NCBI GenBank assembly: GCA_963925625.1
Contig: CAWUUQ010000043.1
Location: 1-40,932 of the forward strand
DNA: 40,932 bases
Origin: an uncultured Psychrosphaera sp.
GTDB taxonomy: Bacteria; Pseudomonadota; Gammaproteobacteria; Enterobacterales; Alteromonadaceae
Reading direction: 5' to 3'
Shown one piece after another: positions 10,107 through 21,065 of this stretch (position 1 is the stretch's first letter; each line of letters starts with the position of its first letter). The notes under the pieces are model-generated. The model was not told the DNA's origin. It saw nothing but the letters and a program-made list of their open reading frames with translations, and did no database searches. A program made the translations under genes and the position numbers.

Positions 10107-11222
10107 TTAATGAGGGCTTGGTTCTTTGTAACTAAGTCTCTTGTGAATTAAAATCTTGCCAGTAATCCCGGTTTCATCACGACCACCAATAGTCAGCAGT
10201 TTGCCGTCATCAAGTAACAAGTTTTTATGATCCATCGAGGCGTGAGGCGATTCAAAGATTTGCCATGAATTTGCTGTGGCATCATACGCCCAGATTTCAG
10301 AAGAGGGTTGAACTTGCTTTTTATCAACGGCCAATCCTTCCAAGTCATAAATCTCTTCACTACCACCCACAAACCAAATCTTTCCTGTTTCTGGGTCAGA
10401 AGCGGCGGCCATTCTAAATCGACCTTTCTCACCAGGATGCACCCATTTATACCAACGAATTAAGGTTGGGTCTAACACATCAATGTCACCAATCCAGCAA
10501 CCTTGTTCTATTTTTAGGATGGAGGCTTCTGCTAATTGAGCAGTCTGTTGCATGCCGTCACAAACTAACAGTCTATTGTCAATTATTCCGCCAGCGTGAC
10601 CAAAAACGCCATTGTTTAATAATGGACTTGCTTGAAACCATTCATTTTTATAAGTATCAAATACTTGAACTAAATTGATAGCACCTTCTTTATGCCAACC
10701 TGAAACGACATAAATGTATCTGTTTTTGTAAGGCAACATCACCGTATCATCAACGGGTACCGGCATGTCAGCAAGCTGTTGGTAGCTGTTTTCGATTGGG
10801 TCATAGCTGTAAAAATCAGATACATTTATTCGATTTGGCGTGAGACTTGGCAGTAAGATCCGATTTGTTGAATACCCACCTAACAAATAAGCTTTGTTGT
10901 CTATTGTTGTTGCAGTAGTAGCAAATCGGCCTTTTTGATCTTGTTTAGACGGAACACTCGAATGCCTTTGCCAGTTGGAACTGCCGTTAAGGTTTAGTGC
11001 CCAGACTGAGTCTGAAACACTAAGTTTTTTGTCGATGTCATATTTAATTCCCATGAATGAAAAGAGAGCTTTTCCATTGCCAGTATTTAATAAAACCGCT
11101 GCATTGGCAGCAACAGGATGGGGCATTGACGGGATCAATGTAGACTTCTCTAGGCTGCTACTTAAACCTGAAACACTCCATGAAGATAAAAGAGTGAACA
11201 TAAAAAATTGTAAGGACTTCAT
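10107..11222 (-). CDS. Exported kelch-repeat beta-propeller protein
   Basis: Repeated hydrophobic-GG...W units (YLLGGY, YVVSGW, WFVGGS, LTIGGR); signal-like MKSLQFFMFTLLSSWSVS from ATG 11222 (ORF open to 11315). Confidence 0.75.
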   Translation of the reverse strand: MKSLQFFMFTLLSSWSVSGLSSSLEKSTLIPSMPHPVAANAAVLLNTGNGKALFSFMGIKYDIDKKLSVSDSVWALNLNGSSNWQRHSSVPSKQDQKGRFATTATTIDNKAYLLGGYSTNRILLPSLTPNRINVSDFYSYDPIENSYQQLADMPVPVDDTVMLPYKNRYIYVVSGWHKEGAINLVQVFDTYKNEWFQASPLLNNGVFGHAGGIIDNRLLVCDGMQQTAQLAEASILKIEQGCWIGDIDVLDPTLIRWYKWVHPGEKGRFRMAAASDPETGKIWFVGGSEEIYDLEGLAVDKKQVQPSSEIWAYDATANSWQIFESPHASMDHKNLLLDDGKLLTIGGRDETGITGKILIHKRLSYKEPSPH

Positions 11223-11320
11223 TATATTTGACGATTTTTTTTCACTTTTAAACCAACACTTTGTTGGTCGAGATATGGATTGATTTATAACTATGCTTCG
11301 TTTTTTCAATATCATAAAAT

Positions 11321-12037
11321 TTATGCTCTTGGAGTTATCTGGGATACTTCTAAAACTTCACATCGCTGTTCAGTAACTTGCCATTTGATATCTATATTTT
11401 CTAATGTAATGGCATAAATTTTAGGATCAAGTCTATTTTTTTTGTAAGACGGACGTGGATCTTGTTTTAACACTTCTGATATCAATTGTCGGAGGTCAGA
11501 TTGAACCTTTAATGTTTCCATGTTCTTTAAAGCTAAATCACTAAAACTAACAGTAAGCGACTCTTCTGGAGAATCACTAGCCATTTCAGATCTTGCTTCT
11601 GAAACACTATCTGAATAAGGAATGTAGGGTTTTATATCTATAATTGGCGTGTTATTCACTACGTCTACGCCTGAAACTTCAATGACTGGCTTACCATTAA
11701 TCTCAATGATACCAAGCAACTTAACCACCGACATACCAATACTGTTTGGACGAAAGCTTGAACGGGTTGAAAACACGCCAACTTTTTTATTGCCACCTAG
11801 CCTCGGAGGTCTCACGCTCTGCTTCCAACCTTGGTCAATATTTTGGTCAAATAAAAACAGCAACCAAAGATGAGAATGCTGCATTAGCCCCTCAATAGCT
11901 TGCAAAGAATTAAACGCTTCGCCAAGAAATATCTGTCCTTTTGCAGAGCACAAATTAGGTTGCCTTGGCACGCCAAACTTTTCAGCAAATGGCGTTTTGA
12001 TATGTCCAATGACCTGGACTGTATGATCAAGATTCAA
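11321..12037 (-). CDS. trmO: tRNA m6t6A37 methyltransferase TrmO (TsaA)
   Basis: KFGVPRQP, VRPPRLGGN, FSTRSSFRPNSIGMS, TPIIDIKPY, QDPRP. Confidence 0.95.
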   Translation of the reverse strand: MNLDHTVQVIGHIKTPFAEKFGVPRQPNLCSAKGQIFLGEAFNSLQAIEGLMQHSHLWLLFLFDQNIDQGWKQSVRPPRLGGNKKVGVFSTRSSFRPNSIGMSVVKLLGIIEINGKPVIEVSGVDVVNNTPIIDIKPYIPYSDSVSEARSEMASDSPEESLTVSFSDLALKNMETLKVQSDLRQLISEVLKQDPRPSYKKNRLDPKIYAITLENIDIKWQVTEQRCEVLEVSQITPRA

Positions 12038-12196
12038 TATGCAGTTCCTGTTCTATTTACTTTTAATGAATAACACGTCTTTACAATATCTTATAAACAC
12101 AAGGTGTCATTAAAGACTTATCTAGTTCCTATTTTACAAAAACCGTTGTTTTATGACGTTTAATGAGCTGTTTATAACGGATGTCTATATATTTAT

Positions 12197-12223
12197 TAAA
12201 GAAATACGCCATAATGCAGATAA
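12197..12223 (+). promoter_or_regulatory. Sigma28 (FliA) promoter of the MCP gene
   Basis: TAAA-N15-GCAGATAA (consensus TAAA-N15-GCCGATAA), about 100 bp upstream of a chemoreceptor. Confidence 0.65.
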
Positions 12224-12322
12224 AATAAGGTACAGCCGCAGTATTTATCGAATTTTTTTAGTTAGACGTACTGTAATAATACTTCTATATTCATAATAAC
12301 AAAAAGAAAGTATGCGAGACTT

Positions 12323-14359
12323 ATGTTTAAAACATTATTTAAACCTGCCACTCAGTTTATGAACAAATTACGATTTGGGTATAAATTTACCTTAATTGTT
12401 CTGCTATTTTTTGTTCCACTTATTATATTAGCGACTCGCTATGTCAGCATTGTTAAAAAAGAAATTGTGCATAGTGAAAATGAACTACAAAGCATTGCTT
12501 ACATAAAATTAGTTGATCAGTATCAAAAAGAGCTTACGGAACTTATTGCAAGTGACATGCATTGGCGAGCTGGTCAAACGATTCCAGCAGAACAAACTGC
12601 TCGTATTAAAAAATTCAAAAACAAACTTGGTAAATTAGCAGATAAAAATGTGTTTTCAGGACAAGATTTAGAAAAAGTATCTGCTCAAGTCAAACTGATA
12701 GAAAAAACGTTAATTGAAAAAACCAGCACGATAGGATCGGCGGTTTGGCGCTCACCAACCGACAAAATTAATTATTTACTGACCGTAATGGAACAATTTA
12801 ATAATCTGTATCCACTCATTGGTAACTTAAAAGGTTTAACAAACGATCCAGATATAGATACTGTTTTATTATCACGTTTATTGATTGAAAAAAGAATTCC
12901 AACTCTTAAATCTTTTTTAAGTGGTTATGCTCTGGCAACTTATGCAATTGGAGAGCCACAAGTTTCATCGGCAACCTTTGATAGCCTAAGCATAGCTTCA
13001 GATGAATTAGCTGCCGAAATACCTAAATTAAATGAATTGAATAGTCTTGTTGCAGATCAAGATGAAACACTGGTTTCTTTAGTGAAAGGAGATGTTGCTG
13101 TATTAAATAAAATCATTGAAGACAGCTTAATGTATCTTGAAGAAGAGTTTTTAATTGCCGAAGAAATCCTGCTAACACGCGATCAAATAGAGCAACACAT
13201 TAGCAAAGAACTCACTCGATATTTTGCTAGTAAACAGCTCCTATTTAACGAGTTTGAAAGTCGTTTATCGGCTCGAATAGAAAAGAACATAACAAACTTC
13301 TATACCTTAGTGGCGTTAGTAACTATTTCATTAATGTTAGTTATCTACTTATTTATAGGAATGAGCCTGTCGATTTCAATAACAACACGAAGTTTAACGC
13401 GAGTTGCAAAAAGCTTAGCCGATGGCGATACAACCGTAAGCGCTAAAGTATTAACAAAAGATGAACTAGCAGAAGCATTAACAGCCTTTAATCAAATGGC
13501 CAAAAACGTACACCATTTAGTTGAAGCAGTTCAATCAGCGTCACAAGGTGTGACAAAGCAGGCACAGTCAGTAGAAGAACTCGCTCACCAGACGGGTCAA
13601 GCCGTTGCAACCCAATTGGAAGATACTGGTGTAATAACCAATGCTATTGTTGAGCTACTTCAAGCTGTTTCTGTAGTATCTGAAAATAGTGCTTCAGTCG
13701 TACACTCATTAAATAGTGCGACGGACCAAACAAAACAAGGCAAATTGATTTTAGCTGACGCTAGAAAGGCGACGGACGTATTAGGTAATGAAATTAAATT
13801 ATCGGTTGAGGTCATTAATCAATTAGCACAAGAAAGCGAAAGCATAAATGATGTGTTGTCAGTCATTAAAGGCATTGCTGAACAAACCAATTTGTTAGCA
13901 TTAAATGCTGCTATTGAGGCTGCGAGAGCGGGTGAACAGGGCCGAGGTTTTGCCGTTGTAGCGGATGAAGTTCGTAACCTTGCAAAAAGAACCCAAGACT
14001 CTACAGAAGAGATTCAAGCCACTATTCACAATTTACAAGCCGGGGTCCAAAATGCCGTTCAGGCGATGACACGATCAGATGAACAAGCCTCTAGAACCAT
14101 TGAAGAGTCCACAAAACTTGAAGATGCGCTTGATCATATTAGTATCTCAGTTGAGCAAATCAGCCAACAAAATGTTACAACGGAAGAAGCGACTCATCGA
14201 CAACAGGCAATCGCAGCCGACATAGAAAAGAGTCTAACTTCAATCAGTAATATTTCTCAAGAAGCCGATAAAAACGTAAAAGATTCTATTCAGGCTACCA
14301 ATAGCTTAGGTAAGTTTGTTTTGAAACTTGAGAGTATGTTGGAGAAGTTTAAGACTTAA
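12323..14359 (+). CDS. Methyl-accepting chemotaxis protein
   Basis: Two TM segments, HAMP ([14 protein letters not shown]), [34 protein letters not shown]. Confidence 0.96.
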   Translation: MFKTLFKPATQFMNKLRFGYKFTLIVLLFFVPLIILATRYVSIVKKEIVHSENELQSIAYIKLVDQYQKELTELIASDMHWRAGQTIPAEQTARIKKFKNKLGKLADKNVFSGQDLEKVSAQVKLIEKTLIEKTSTIGSAVWRSPTDKINYLLTVMEQFNNLYPLIGNLKGLTNDPDIDTVLLSRLLIEKRIPTLKSFLSGYALATYAIGEPQVSSATFDSLSIASDELAAEIPKLNELNSLVADQDETLVSLVKGDVAVLNKIIEDSLMYLEEEFLIAEEILLTRDQIEQHISKELTRYFASKQLLFNEFESRLSARIEKNITNFYTLVALVTISLMLVIYLFIGMSLSISITTRSLTRVAKSLADGDTTVSAKVLTKDELAEALTAFNQMAKNVHHLVEAVQSASQGVTKQAQSVEELAHQTGQAVATQLEDTGVITNAIVELLQAVSVVSENSASVVHSLNSATDQTKQGKLILADARKATDVLGNEIKLSVEVINQLAQESESINDVLSVIKGIAEQTNLLALNAAIEAARAGEQGRGFAVVADEVRNLAKRTQDSTEEIQATIHNLQAGVQNAVQAMTRSDEQASRTIEESTKLEDALDHISISVEQISQQNVTTEEATHRQQAIAADIEKSLTSISNISQEADKNVKDSIQATNSLGKFVLKLESMLEKFKT

Positions 14360-15071
14360 TAAATGGTAATGTTATGAGTTGGCCGCGCTCAGCGGTTAAC
14401 TCTAATACAGAGCCTTGCTCGTACCAATCACCGACAACCATTCTTTGTTTTTTATTATCTAGCTGGTGGATGTTAGGGCGATGTGTGTGACCATGTACTA
14501 ACCATTCACAACCCGTCTCAAAAACAACTCGTTGAACTTCTCTGTCAGCAACATCCATAATATCTTCATTTTTTTGTTGCTGGCTAAGCTTACTTCTTAA
14601 TCGGTAATTTTCTGCTATTTTTTGACGCTTTTTTAAAGGCAATAACAACATTAGTTTTTGCCACCACCAAGAACGACTTTTTTTTCTGAATTTTTGGTAA
14701 TCAATATCATCAATGCATAGCTGGTCGCCGTGCATAAACAGTACGCTACGACCATAAAGCTTAGTGAGGAAGTTTTCTGGCAATAACGTCATACCTGCTT
14801 GTTTGGCAAAACGTTGACCCACTAAAAAATCTCGGTTGCCATGAATAAAATAAACTGGAGTAGCCAAAGAAAAGGCATGAATAGCACTGGCAATCGACAG
14901 ATTAAAAGCACTCTCATCATCATCTCCAACCCAACTCTCAAACAGATCACCTAAAATATATAAGCTGTCATGTTTGCCTTTCTTTTCATTTAGAAAGTCA
15001 AATAAACAAGCGGTAATTTCAGGCCGAGTAGGACAAAGGTGTAAATCGGCAATAACGAGAGTGCTAGACAT
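14349..15071 (-). CDS. lpxH: UDP-2,3-diacylglucosamine hydrolase
   Basis: [36 protein letters not shown]; follows ppiB. Confidence 0.96.
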   Translation of the reverse strand: MSSTLVIADLHLCPTRPEITACLFDFLNEKKGKHDSLYILGDLFESWVGDDDESAFNLSIASAIHAFSLATPVYFIHGNRDFLVGQRFAKQAGMTLLPENFLTKLYGRSVLFMHGDQLCIDDIDYQKFRKKSRSWWWQKLMLLLPLKKRQKIAENYRLRSKLSQQQKNEDIMDVADREVQRVVFETGCEWLVHGHTHRPNIHQLDNKKQRMVVGDWYEQGSVLELTAERGQLITLPFIKS

Positions 15072-15073
15072 AA

Positions 15074-15568
15074 TTAAGCAATAAGTTCCGCTTTTTCTAT
15101 AATCACATCTTCTTTAGGCACATCGTCATGCATGCCGTAACGACCTGTAGAAACCGCTGAGATTTTGTCTACTACGTCCATGCCTTCAACAACTTTTGCA
15201 AATACACAGTAGCCCCAACCTTGTGAAGATTCACTAGTAAAGTTTAAGAAGCTATTGTCAGTACTATTGATGAAAAACTGCGAAGATGCAGAATGCGGGT
15301 CCATTGTACGAGCCATTGCTAACGTGCCACGTTCATTTTTAACGCCGTTATTAGCTTCGTTTTTGATAGGAGCATTCCCGTCTTTTTCTTCCATGCCTGG
15401 TGCCATACCGCCACCTTGAACCATGAATCCAGGGATAACACGGTGGAAGATAGTCCCGTCATAAAAACCTGATTTAACATAGTCTTCAAAGTTTTTTGCT
15501 GTTACAGGCGCATCGTCGTGAAATAGCTCAATCTTAATTTCGCCAAAATTTGTAGTTAAAACAACCAT
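15074..15568 (-). CDS. ppiB: Cyclophilin-type peptidyl-prolyl isomerase B
   Basis: [43 protein letters not shown]. Confidence 0.96.
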   Translation of the reverse strand: MVVLTTNFGEIKIELFHDDAPVTAKNFEDYVKSGFYDGTIFHRVIPGFMVQGGGMAPGMEEKDGNAPIKNEANNGVKNERGTLAMARTMDPHSASSQFFINSTDNSFLNFTSESSQGWGYCVFAKVVEGMDVVDKISAVSTGRYGMHDDVPKEDVIIEKAELIA

Positions 15569-15717
15569 TGTAAATCCTATTTAATCTGAAATGTGAAAAT
15601 AAATATTATGTATAAAATCGATGTAACAAGTTTATGAGCGCTATTGTAGCGAAAATTGTTTTTAAAGGCTCATTTTATTGCAGCTAGGCTTTTACACATT
15701 TGGCCAAGCGAATAATA

Positions 15718-16395
15718 TTACCACGGTAAAATTTCACCATTACTGTGCCAAAAGGTACCCGTGTTATCTAAACTCAGTTCCGAAATACGGGCTAATAAAC
15801 CTTCTGCAGATTCATCAGGCGTAATATGACCACCAAAGTTGACCATGCGCGTTTGTACATAACCAGGGTGTAATAAAGCAACCGCAATCCCCTTAGGTTC
15901 TAAGTCAACGGCCAAAGACTTACCAAATGCATTTAGCGCCGCTTTTGAGGCTCGATAGCCGTATCGTCCACCCGAGTCATTGTCAGCGATAGAACCCATT
16001 CTGCTGGTAATTAACGCAACTTTACTGCCACTACGCAAATTAGGTAACAAGGCTTCCGTGACCATAAGCGGCGCAATGGCGTTTATTTCAAACTGAGTTC
16101 TTAACGAATCTGCTTCAATAGAACCAAGTTGTTCGTCTTGAAGTAGACCAGCGTTATTTATAAGAAGGTCTATTTTTGTTTTACCAATGATCATTTTAAC
16201 TTGATCAATCTGATCAGCATCCGTGACATCGATGCCGCTTATCACCATGCTTGCTATTTCTTCTAGTTCCTCGGAGTCTGTGCGGCAAATGCCTATTATG
16301 TCCCAACCTTGTTTAACAAGTTGTTGAGCCATTGCTAACCCTATACCTCTGTTGGCTCCGGTAATGACCGCTGTTTTTGGTGTTGATGTGCTCAT
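15718..16395 (-). CDS. Short-chain dehydrogenase/reductase (CsgA/C-factor-like)
   Basis: TGANRGIG, INNAG, YRASK, LHPGYVQT. Confidence 0.9.
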   Translation of the reverse strand: MSTSTPKTAVITGANRGIGLAMAQQLVKQGWDIIGICRTDSEELEEIASMVISGIDVTDADQIDQVKMIIGKTKIDLLINNAGLLQDEQLGSIEADSLRTQFEINAIAPLMVTEALLPNLRSGSKVALITSRMGSIADNDSGGRYGYRASKAALNAFGKSLAVDLEPKGIAVALLHPGYVQTRMVNFGGHITPDESAEGLLARISELSLDNTGTFWHSNGEILPW

Positions 16396-16559
16396 AATAA
16401 GTTCCTTATAAATTTACGGAAAAGCCGTGTTATAGCTTAACAATGGGAGCATGAATCGGGCTTTTCAATGGTAGTTGAAAATAAGAGATTTAACCCATAG
16501 CTCCAAACAGGTAGAATGTGCGCCATTAAATAAATAGTTAACTAGAAACGGAGTTGCCC

Positions 16560-17489
16560 GTGGCAATTAATTGGTTCCCAGGTCACATGCATAAAGCGCG
16601 AAAAGAAATCGCTGAAATTATGCCGCAAGTTGACGTCATTATTGAAATTCTCGATGCACGAATCCCGTTTTCTAGCGAAAATCCTTTAGTGCCTGCATTA
16701 CGTGGTGAGACACCGGTGTTAAAGGTGCTGAACAAAAGTGATTTAGCCGACCCGATTCAAACAGATATTTGGTTACAGCATTTTAAGTCTCAACGTGGTA
16801 TTGATGCCATTGCGGTTACGCAACATGATGTAAAGTCAGTTAAAGGCTTAATAGATGTAATCTCGGAAATGGTGCCTCATCGCGTTAGCCAAGATAAACT
16901 ATTGCGAGCACTAATATGTGGCATTCCAAATGTTGGAAAATCAACAACAATCAATATTCTAGCCGATCGTATCATTGCAAAAACCGGCAATGAAGCGGGC
17001 GTAACAAAAGCACAACAACGAATTCGATTAGATAACAACATTGTTTTGCATGATACGCCGGGGTTTTTATGGCCTAAATTAGAGCCAGAAGATTGTGGGT
17101 ATCGTTTAGCGATTACTGGCGGTATTAAAGATACGGTCACTGAAAAAGAAGACATCGCCTATTATGCAATTGAATACATTATGGAAAATTATCCAGAGCT
17201 TTTGTTGGAACGTTATCAGTTAAAAGAAATGCCACAACAACCAATAGAAGTCATGGACGCAATTGCGAAACAACGAGCCTGCATTAGAAAAGGCGGTATT
17301 GCTGACTTATATAAAGTGTCAGAAATTATCTTAAATGAATATCGTTCAGGCACGTTAGGGCGAATTACATTAGAAACCGTTGAACTGGCTGAGCAAGCAA
17401 AAGTTATTATTGCTGAAAATGAAGCCATCAGAGCGGCAAAAGCGCTAGAAGACGATGGTAAGAAGAAAAAACGCAAGCGTAGAAAATAA
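16560..17489 (+). CDS. ylqF: Ribosome biogenesis GTPase YlqF/RbgA
   Basis: INWFPGHM, LDARIP, NKSD (G4), GIPNVGKS (G1), DTPG (G3) in circularly permuted order; GTG 16560 with SD GGAG. Confidence 0.95.
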   Translation: MAINWFPGHMHKARKEIAEIMPQVDVIIEILDARIPFSSENPLVPALRGETPVLKVLNKSDLADPIQTDIWLQHFKSQRGIDAIAVTQHDVKSVKGLIDVISEMVPHRVSQDKLLRALICGIPNVGKSTTINILADRIIAKTGNEAGVTKAQQRIRLDNNIVLHDTPGFLWPKLEPEDCGYRLAITGGIKDTVTEKEDIAYYAIEYIMENYPELLLERYQLKEMPQQPIEVMDAIAKQRACIRKGGIADLYKVSEIILNEYRSGTLGRITLETVELAEQAKVIIAENEAIRAAKALEDDGKKKKRKRRK

Positions 17490-17494
17490 AGTAG

Positions 17495-17941
17495 ATGTTA
17501 GATAAAGACATGGCAGTTAAAATGAGTGAAGTAATGAACAAAACAAGTTTAATTAAAGTACGTGGTTTTCATTTAGACATATATCAACATGTTAATAACG
17601 CGAGATATTTAGAGTTTTTAGAAGAAGCGCGCTGGCAGTATTTAGAAGACAGTGGCGATATAGAATACTTTACCTCGTTAGGGTTTGCTTGGGCAATTGT
17701 GAATATAAACATTAACTATCGAGCAAGTGCTTATATGGGCGAAACCTTAGAGTTAACAACTGCTTTATCTAAAATAGGTAACAAAAGTGCCGTATTTCAT
17801 CAAGTAATTACAAAAAAAGGTACTGACAAAGTGGTCGTTGATGCAGACATTACCTTTGTTGTAATGGATCAAAAAACTGGTCGCGCCGTACCTATTGAAG
17901 GTGACTTGTTATCAAGAATGCAGGCACATTTGCCAGCATAA
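17495..17941 (+). CDS. Acyl-CoA thioesterase (FadM/YbgC hot-dog family)
   Basis: VRGFHLDIYQHVNNARYLEFLEEAR; exact start uncertain. Confidence 0.88.
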   Translation: MLDKDMAVKMSEVMNKTSLIKVRGFHLDIYQHVNNARYLEFLEEARWQYLEDSGDIEYFTSLGFAWAIVNININYRASAYMGETLELTTALSKIGNKSAVFHQVITKKGTDKVVVDADITFVVMDQKTGRAVPIEGDLLSRMQAHLPA

Positions 17942-18018
17942 TATTTTTTGGAAAGCGAAAAGCTTAAATAAAATAATTAACTTTATAAAGAGTTAAAACG
18001 AATAAAAAGGGGAATACA

Positions 18019-18330
18019 TTGGCTGCAATTAAATTAACAGATTCAGAAGTACAAGCCGAGCTAGCGACAATCAATGATGCGTTAGCTGAAGATAAACAAT
18101 GGCAGATTATTGATGGTAAGTTGCATAAAGTATTTGTTTTCAAAAACTTCATTCAAGCTTTTGGCTTCATGACACAAGTGGCGATACATGCCGAGAAATT
18201 GATTCATCACCCTGAATGGTCAAACGTTTGGAATAAAGTCACTATAGATTTAGTGACGCATGATGTAGACGGTTTTAGTGACTTGGACATCAAGATGATT
18301 AAACGTATGGAAAAGCTACTTGTCGTTTAA
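18019..18330 (+). CDS. phhB: Pterin-4-alpha-carbinolamine dehydratase
   Basis: FKNFIQAFGFM, HHPEWSNVWNKV, THD..G.SDLD. Confidence 0.92.
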   Translation: MAAIKLTDSEVQAELATINDALAEDKQWQIIDGKLHKVFVFKNFIQAFGFMTQVAIHAEKLIHHPEWSNVWNKVTIDLVTHDVDGFSDLDIKMIKRMEKLLVV

Positions 18331-18405
18331 TATTTAGAAATAAAGCGACAAGGTAAAGCTAAAAAAATAGCCATGACATATAAATAAGATTTGTAGCTAA
18401 GACAT

Positions 18406-18433
18406 AAAAAAACGAGCATCAGCTCGTTTTTTT
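18406..18433. terminator. Bidirectional terminator between phhB and DUF445
   Basis: A7-CGAGC-ATCA-GCTCG-T7. Confidence 0.88.
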
Positions 18434-18465
18434 ATAGGACAAACAATAGATTCGAGTTTTAGCAG

Positions 18466-19173
18466 TTAAAAATTTAAAAGTTGGGTTAACAATCCAATTA
18501 AACCACCAAATACGCCACCCCAAACAACTAACCACCCTAAATGACTCTTAATCATCTCTTGAACTAACTCTTTAACCATTGTTGGCGTTAGCTCATCTAA
18601 GCGTTGCTGAACAATTAATTCAACCTTTGCTCTTACATCTCCAAGAGCACCAGATTTTCCGAGTTGAGATTTTAACTTTTCTGCAAATTCATCAGTACTG
18701 GTAATGTCGGCAATAGATTGTTTTAAGTTTTTTTCAAAAGGTTCTTTTAAAGGCATCAATGCATCGGTGCCGCCAAACATGTTTAACATGCTGCCAAATG
18801 AACTTTGTTGAATAGTGGTCACTAAAGAGTCAAATGCTGGAGATAAGTCTGTTTCTTCGATAAGAGGCGAAAGTTCAAAATGATGAGCTTGTCCGGACTG
18901 TTCAGTAAGAAATTTATTTAAGTTTTCTTGAGTAAAAAACTGTTCCATTATCATAGTGCGAATTGCATTCTTAAATTCTTCAAACTTAAGTTGCACAATA
19001 CCTGAGCCATATAGCCCAGGCACTTTTTCGAATAACATATGCACTGCAATCCAGTTTGTAACAGCACCAGATAATGCAAATAATGACATGTAAAACAACC
19101 AATCTAACTTAAGACTATAACCTGCAATACAGCCTGCGGCAGCCAGTAGATTTGTTATCAAGCTTTTATTCAA
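18466..19173 (-). CDS. DUF445 family membrane protein
   Basis: GAVTNWIAVHMLFEKVPGLYGSG, C-terminal HLGWLVVWGGVFGGLIG; TTG 19173 with SD AAGGAG. Confidence 0.85.
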   Translation of the reverse strand: MNKSLITNLLAAAGCIAGYSLKLDWLFYMSLFALSGAVTNWIAVHMLFEKVPGLYGSGIVQLKFEEFKNAIRTMIMEQFFTQENLNKFLTEQSGQAHHFELSPLIEETDLSPAFDSLVTTIQQSSFGSMLNMFGGTDALMPLKEPFEKNLKQSIADITSTDEFAEKLKSQLGKSGALGDVRAKVELIVQQRLDELTPTMVKELVQEMIKSHLGWLVVWGGVFGGLIGLLTQLLNF

Positions 19174-19269
19174 AGTGAATCTCCTTATTAAGTGGCTTGT
19201 AAAATAAGCGATATATAATTTGTGCATTATTATACGCTAAGCCACTTTATAAGGCTGAATTAATTCAAA

Positions 19270-19686
19270 TCAAGCAGCATCATCTTTTTCTATTACAAAA
19301 TCGACTAAGTTGTCCTCAGCTTCATTTGAGTGAGAGTCGGACTCGGCCTCACTCTTTTGCTTTTTTGCAACAGGCTCTTGAGTTGAATCAACTAAATCTG
19401 TTTGTTTTTCAGACTTGGCTTTGGCTTTTTTAGGAGCTGGTTTTTTCTTGGCTTGAAGTGCAAATAGTACTTCTTCTCGTTGTTTAGCCAAGAAAATACT
19501 TAACGCCTCAACCTCTTTATCTTCTACATTTACGCCACTTTTTTGTAGTAATTCAAACATGTCGTCTGCCATATCTAACATTTTGTCATATTCGTCAGCA
19601 GCACGTTTGTCAGTAAAGGTCATGACGTCTTGTTCCTTATTACTTTTGTCGGTACGGATAACGACGTATCGAGTTTCAACAGCCAT
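19270..19686 (-). CDS. yebG: YebG family DNA-damage-inducible protein
   Basis: MAVETRYVVIR...MTFTDKRAADEYDKMLDMAD; LexA box upstream. Confidence 0.88.
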   Translation of the reverse strand: MAVETRYVVIRTDKSNKEQDVMTFTDKRAADEYDKMLDMADDMFELLQKSGVNVEDKEVEALSIFLAKQREEVLFALQAKKKPAPKKAKAKSEKQTDLVDSTQEPVAKKQKSEAESDSHSNEAEDNLVDFVIEKDDAA

Positions 19687-19729
19687 TGCTATCTCCTAAT
19701 AAATCCAGACTATGGAAAGTAAAATTGCT

Positions 19730-19749
19730 TACTGTTTAAATATACAGTA
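19730..19749. promoter_or_regulatory. LexA (SOS) box upstream of yebG
   Basis: TACTG-TTTAAATATA-CAGTA (CTG-N10-CAG). Confidence 0.9.
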
Positions 19750-19774
19750 AAACCTATTTGTGTAAAGTAAAATT

Positions 19775-21004
19775 TTAATGCAGCAATCTAGCCTTAATTG
19801 TACCTTCAATTAGTCTGACTTCATCAAGTGCAACTTCGCTATCGGCTGCATCTATATCTATAACGACGTAACCTATGTCATCTGCTGTTTGTAGATACTG
19901 GGCCGCAATATTGATGTTGTGTTTAGCAAAGGCTTCATTGATCTTGGTAAGCACACCTGGTTGATTTTTATGGATATGCAATACACGACTGCGGCCAGTA
20001 TGCTCAGGCAAAGACACTTCAGGAAAATTGACAGCACTTAAAGTCGAACCGTTATCAGAGTATTTAGCGAGTTTACCCGCCACTTCAATGCCAATGTTTT
20101 CTTGTGCTTCTTGCGTAGAACCGCCAACATGTGGCGTTAATATAACGTTATCTAACCCTCGTAATGGCGATACAAATTCTTCGTCATTAGACTTTGGCTC
20201 TACAGGGAATACGTCGATAGCTGCACCTGAAAGATGTTTCGATTTCAGTGCTTCTGTTAGTGCATCTAGATCAACAACAGTACCACGAGACGCGTTAATC
20301 AAAATCGCCCCTTTTTTCATCAGCGCAAGCTGACTTGCGCCCATTAAATTATGTGTCGATTTGGTTTCTGGCACATGTAATGAAATAACATCGGAAGTTT
20401 TTAGTAATTTGTTTAGCGAAGAAACTTGAGTGGCATTGCCAAGCGTTAGCTTGTTTTCAATGTCATAAAATTGCACTTTCATGCCAATGTTTTCAGCCAT
20501 AATACCTAATTGCGTACCAATGTGTCCGTAACCAATTATCCCTAAGGTTTTACCACGTGCTTCAAAAGAACCTAACGCAGACTTCTCCCAAACACCTCTA
20601 TGTGCTTGTGCGCTTTTTGCAGGAATACCTCGAATAAGCAACAAAATTTCTCCTAACACTAATTCTGCTACTGAACGTGTATTTGAAAAGGGCGCATTAA
20701 ACACTGCAATGCCAAGCGCTTGAGCCGCTTTTAAGTCTACTTGATTGGTACCAATGCAAAAGCATCCAATTGCGATTAGCTTATTTGCTTTTTCTAAAAC
20801 ATTTTTAGTCAATTGGGTGCGAGATCTTATACCAATAAAGTGTGCATCTTTAATTTTTTCAATTAGCTCATCTTCTGGTAATGACGTTTTAAGGCATTCA
20901 ATATTTTCATAACCTTGATCCGTTAATGTTGAAACAGAACTAGGGTGAAGGCCTTCTAATAACAAAATTTTTATCTTGTGTTTGGCTAGGGAGATATTTT
21001 CCAT
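19775..21004 (-). CDS. serA: D-3-phosphoglycerate dehydrogenase
   Basis: GIRSRT, FCIGTNQVDL, GYGHIG, TPHVGGSTQEAQ, C-terminal ACT domain; ATG 21004. Confidence 0.97.
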   Translation of the reverse strand: MENISLAKHKIKILLLEGLHPSSVSTLTDQGYENIECLKTSLPEDELIEKIKDAHFIGIRSRTQLTKNVLEKANKLIAIGCFCIGTNQVDLKAAQALGIAVFNAPFSNTRSVAELVLGEILLLIRGIPAKSAQAHRGVWEKSALGSFEARGKTLGIIGYGHIGTQLGIMAENIGMKVQFYDIENKLTLGNATQVSSLNKLLKTSDVISLHVPETKSTHNLMGASQLALMKKGAILINASRGTVVDLDALTEALKSKHLSGAAIDVFPVEPKSNDEEFVSPLRGLDNVILTPHVGGSTQEAQENIGIEVAGKLAKYSDNGSTLSAVNFPEVSLPEHTGRSRVLHIHKNQPGVLTKINEAFAKHNINIAAQYLQTADDIGYVVIDIDAADSEVALDEVRLIEGTIKARLLH

Positions 21005-21037
21005 AAAAACGTCCAACGTTAAAGTGAGATTCAAGGT

Positions 21038-21065
21038 TCAAAAATCAAAAATCAAAAATCAAAAA
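21038..21065. repeat. Heptamer tandem repeat (TCAAAAA)x4 upstream of serA
   Basis: Four exact copies, with degenerate flanking units. Confidence 0.9.

Noticed and set aside
16560-17489. ylqF/rbgA as a horizontally acquired gene (absent from E. coli)
   Set aside because: Common in non-enteric gammaproteobacteria; no mobility signatures or obvious compositional shift
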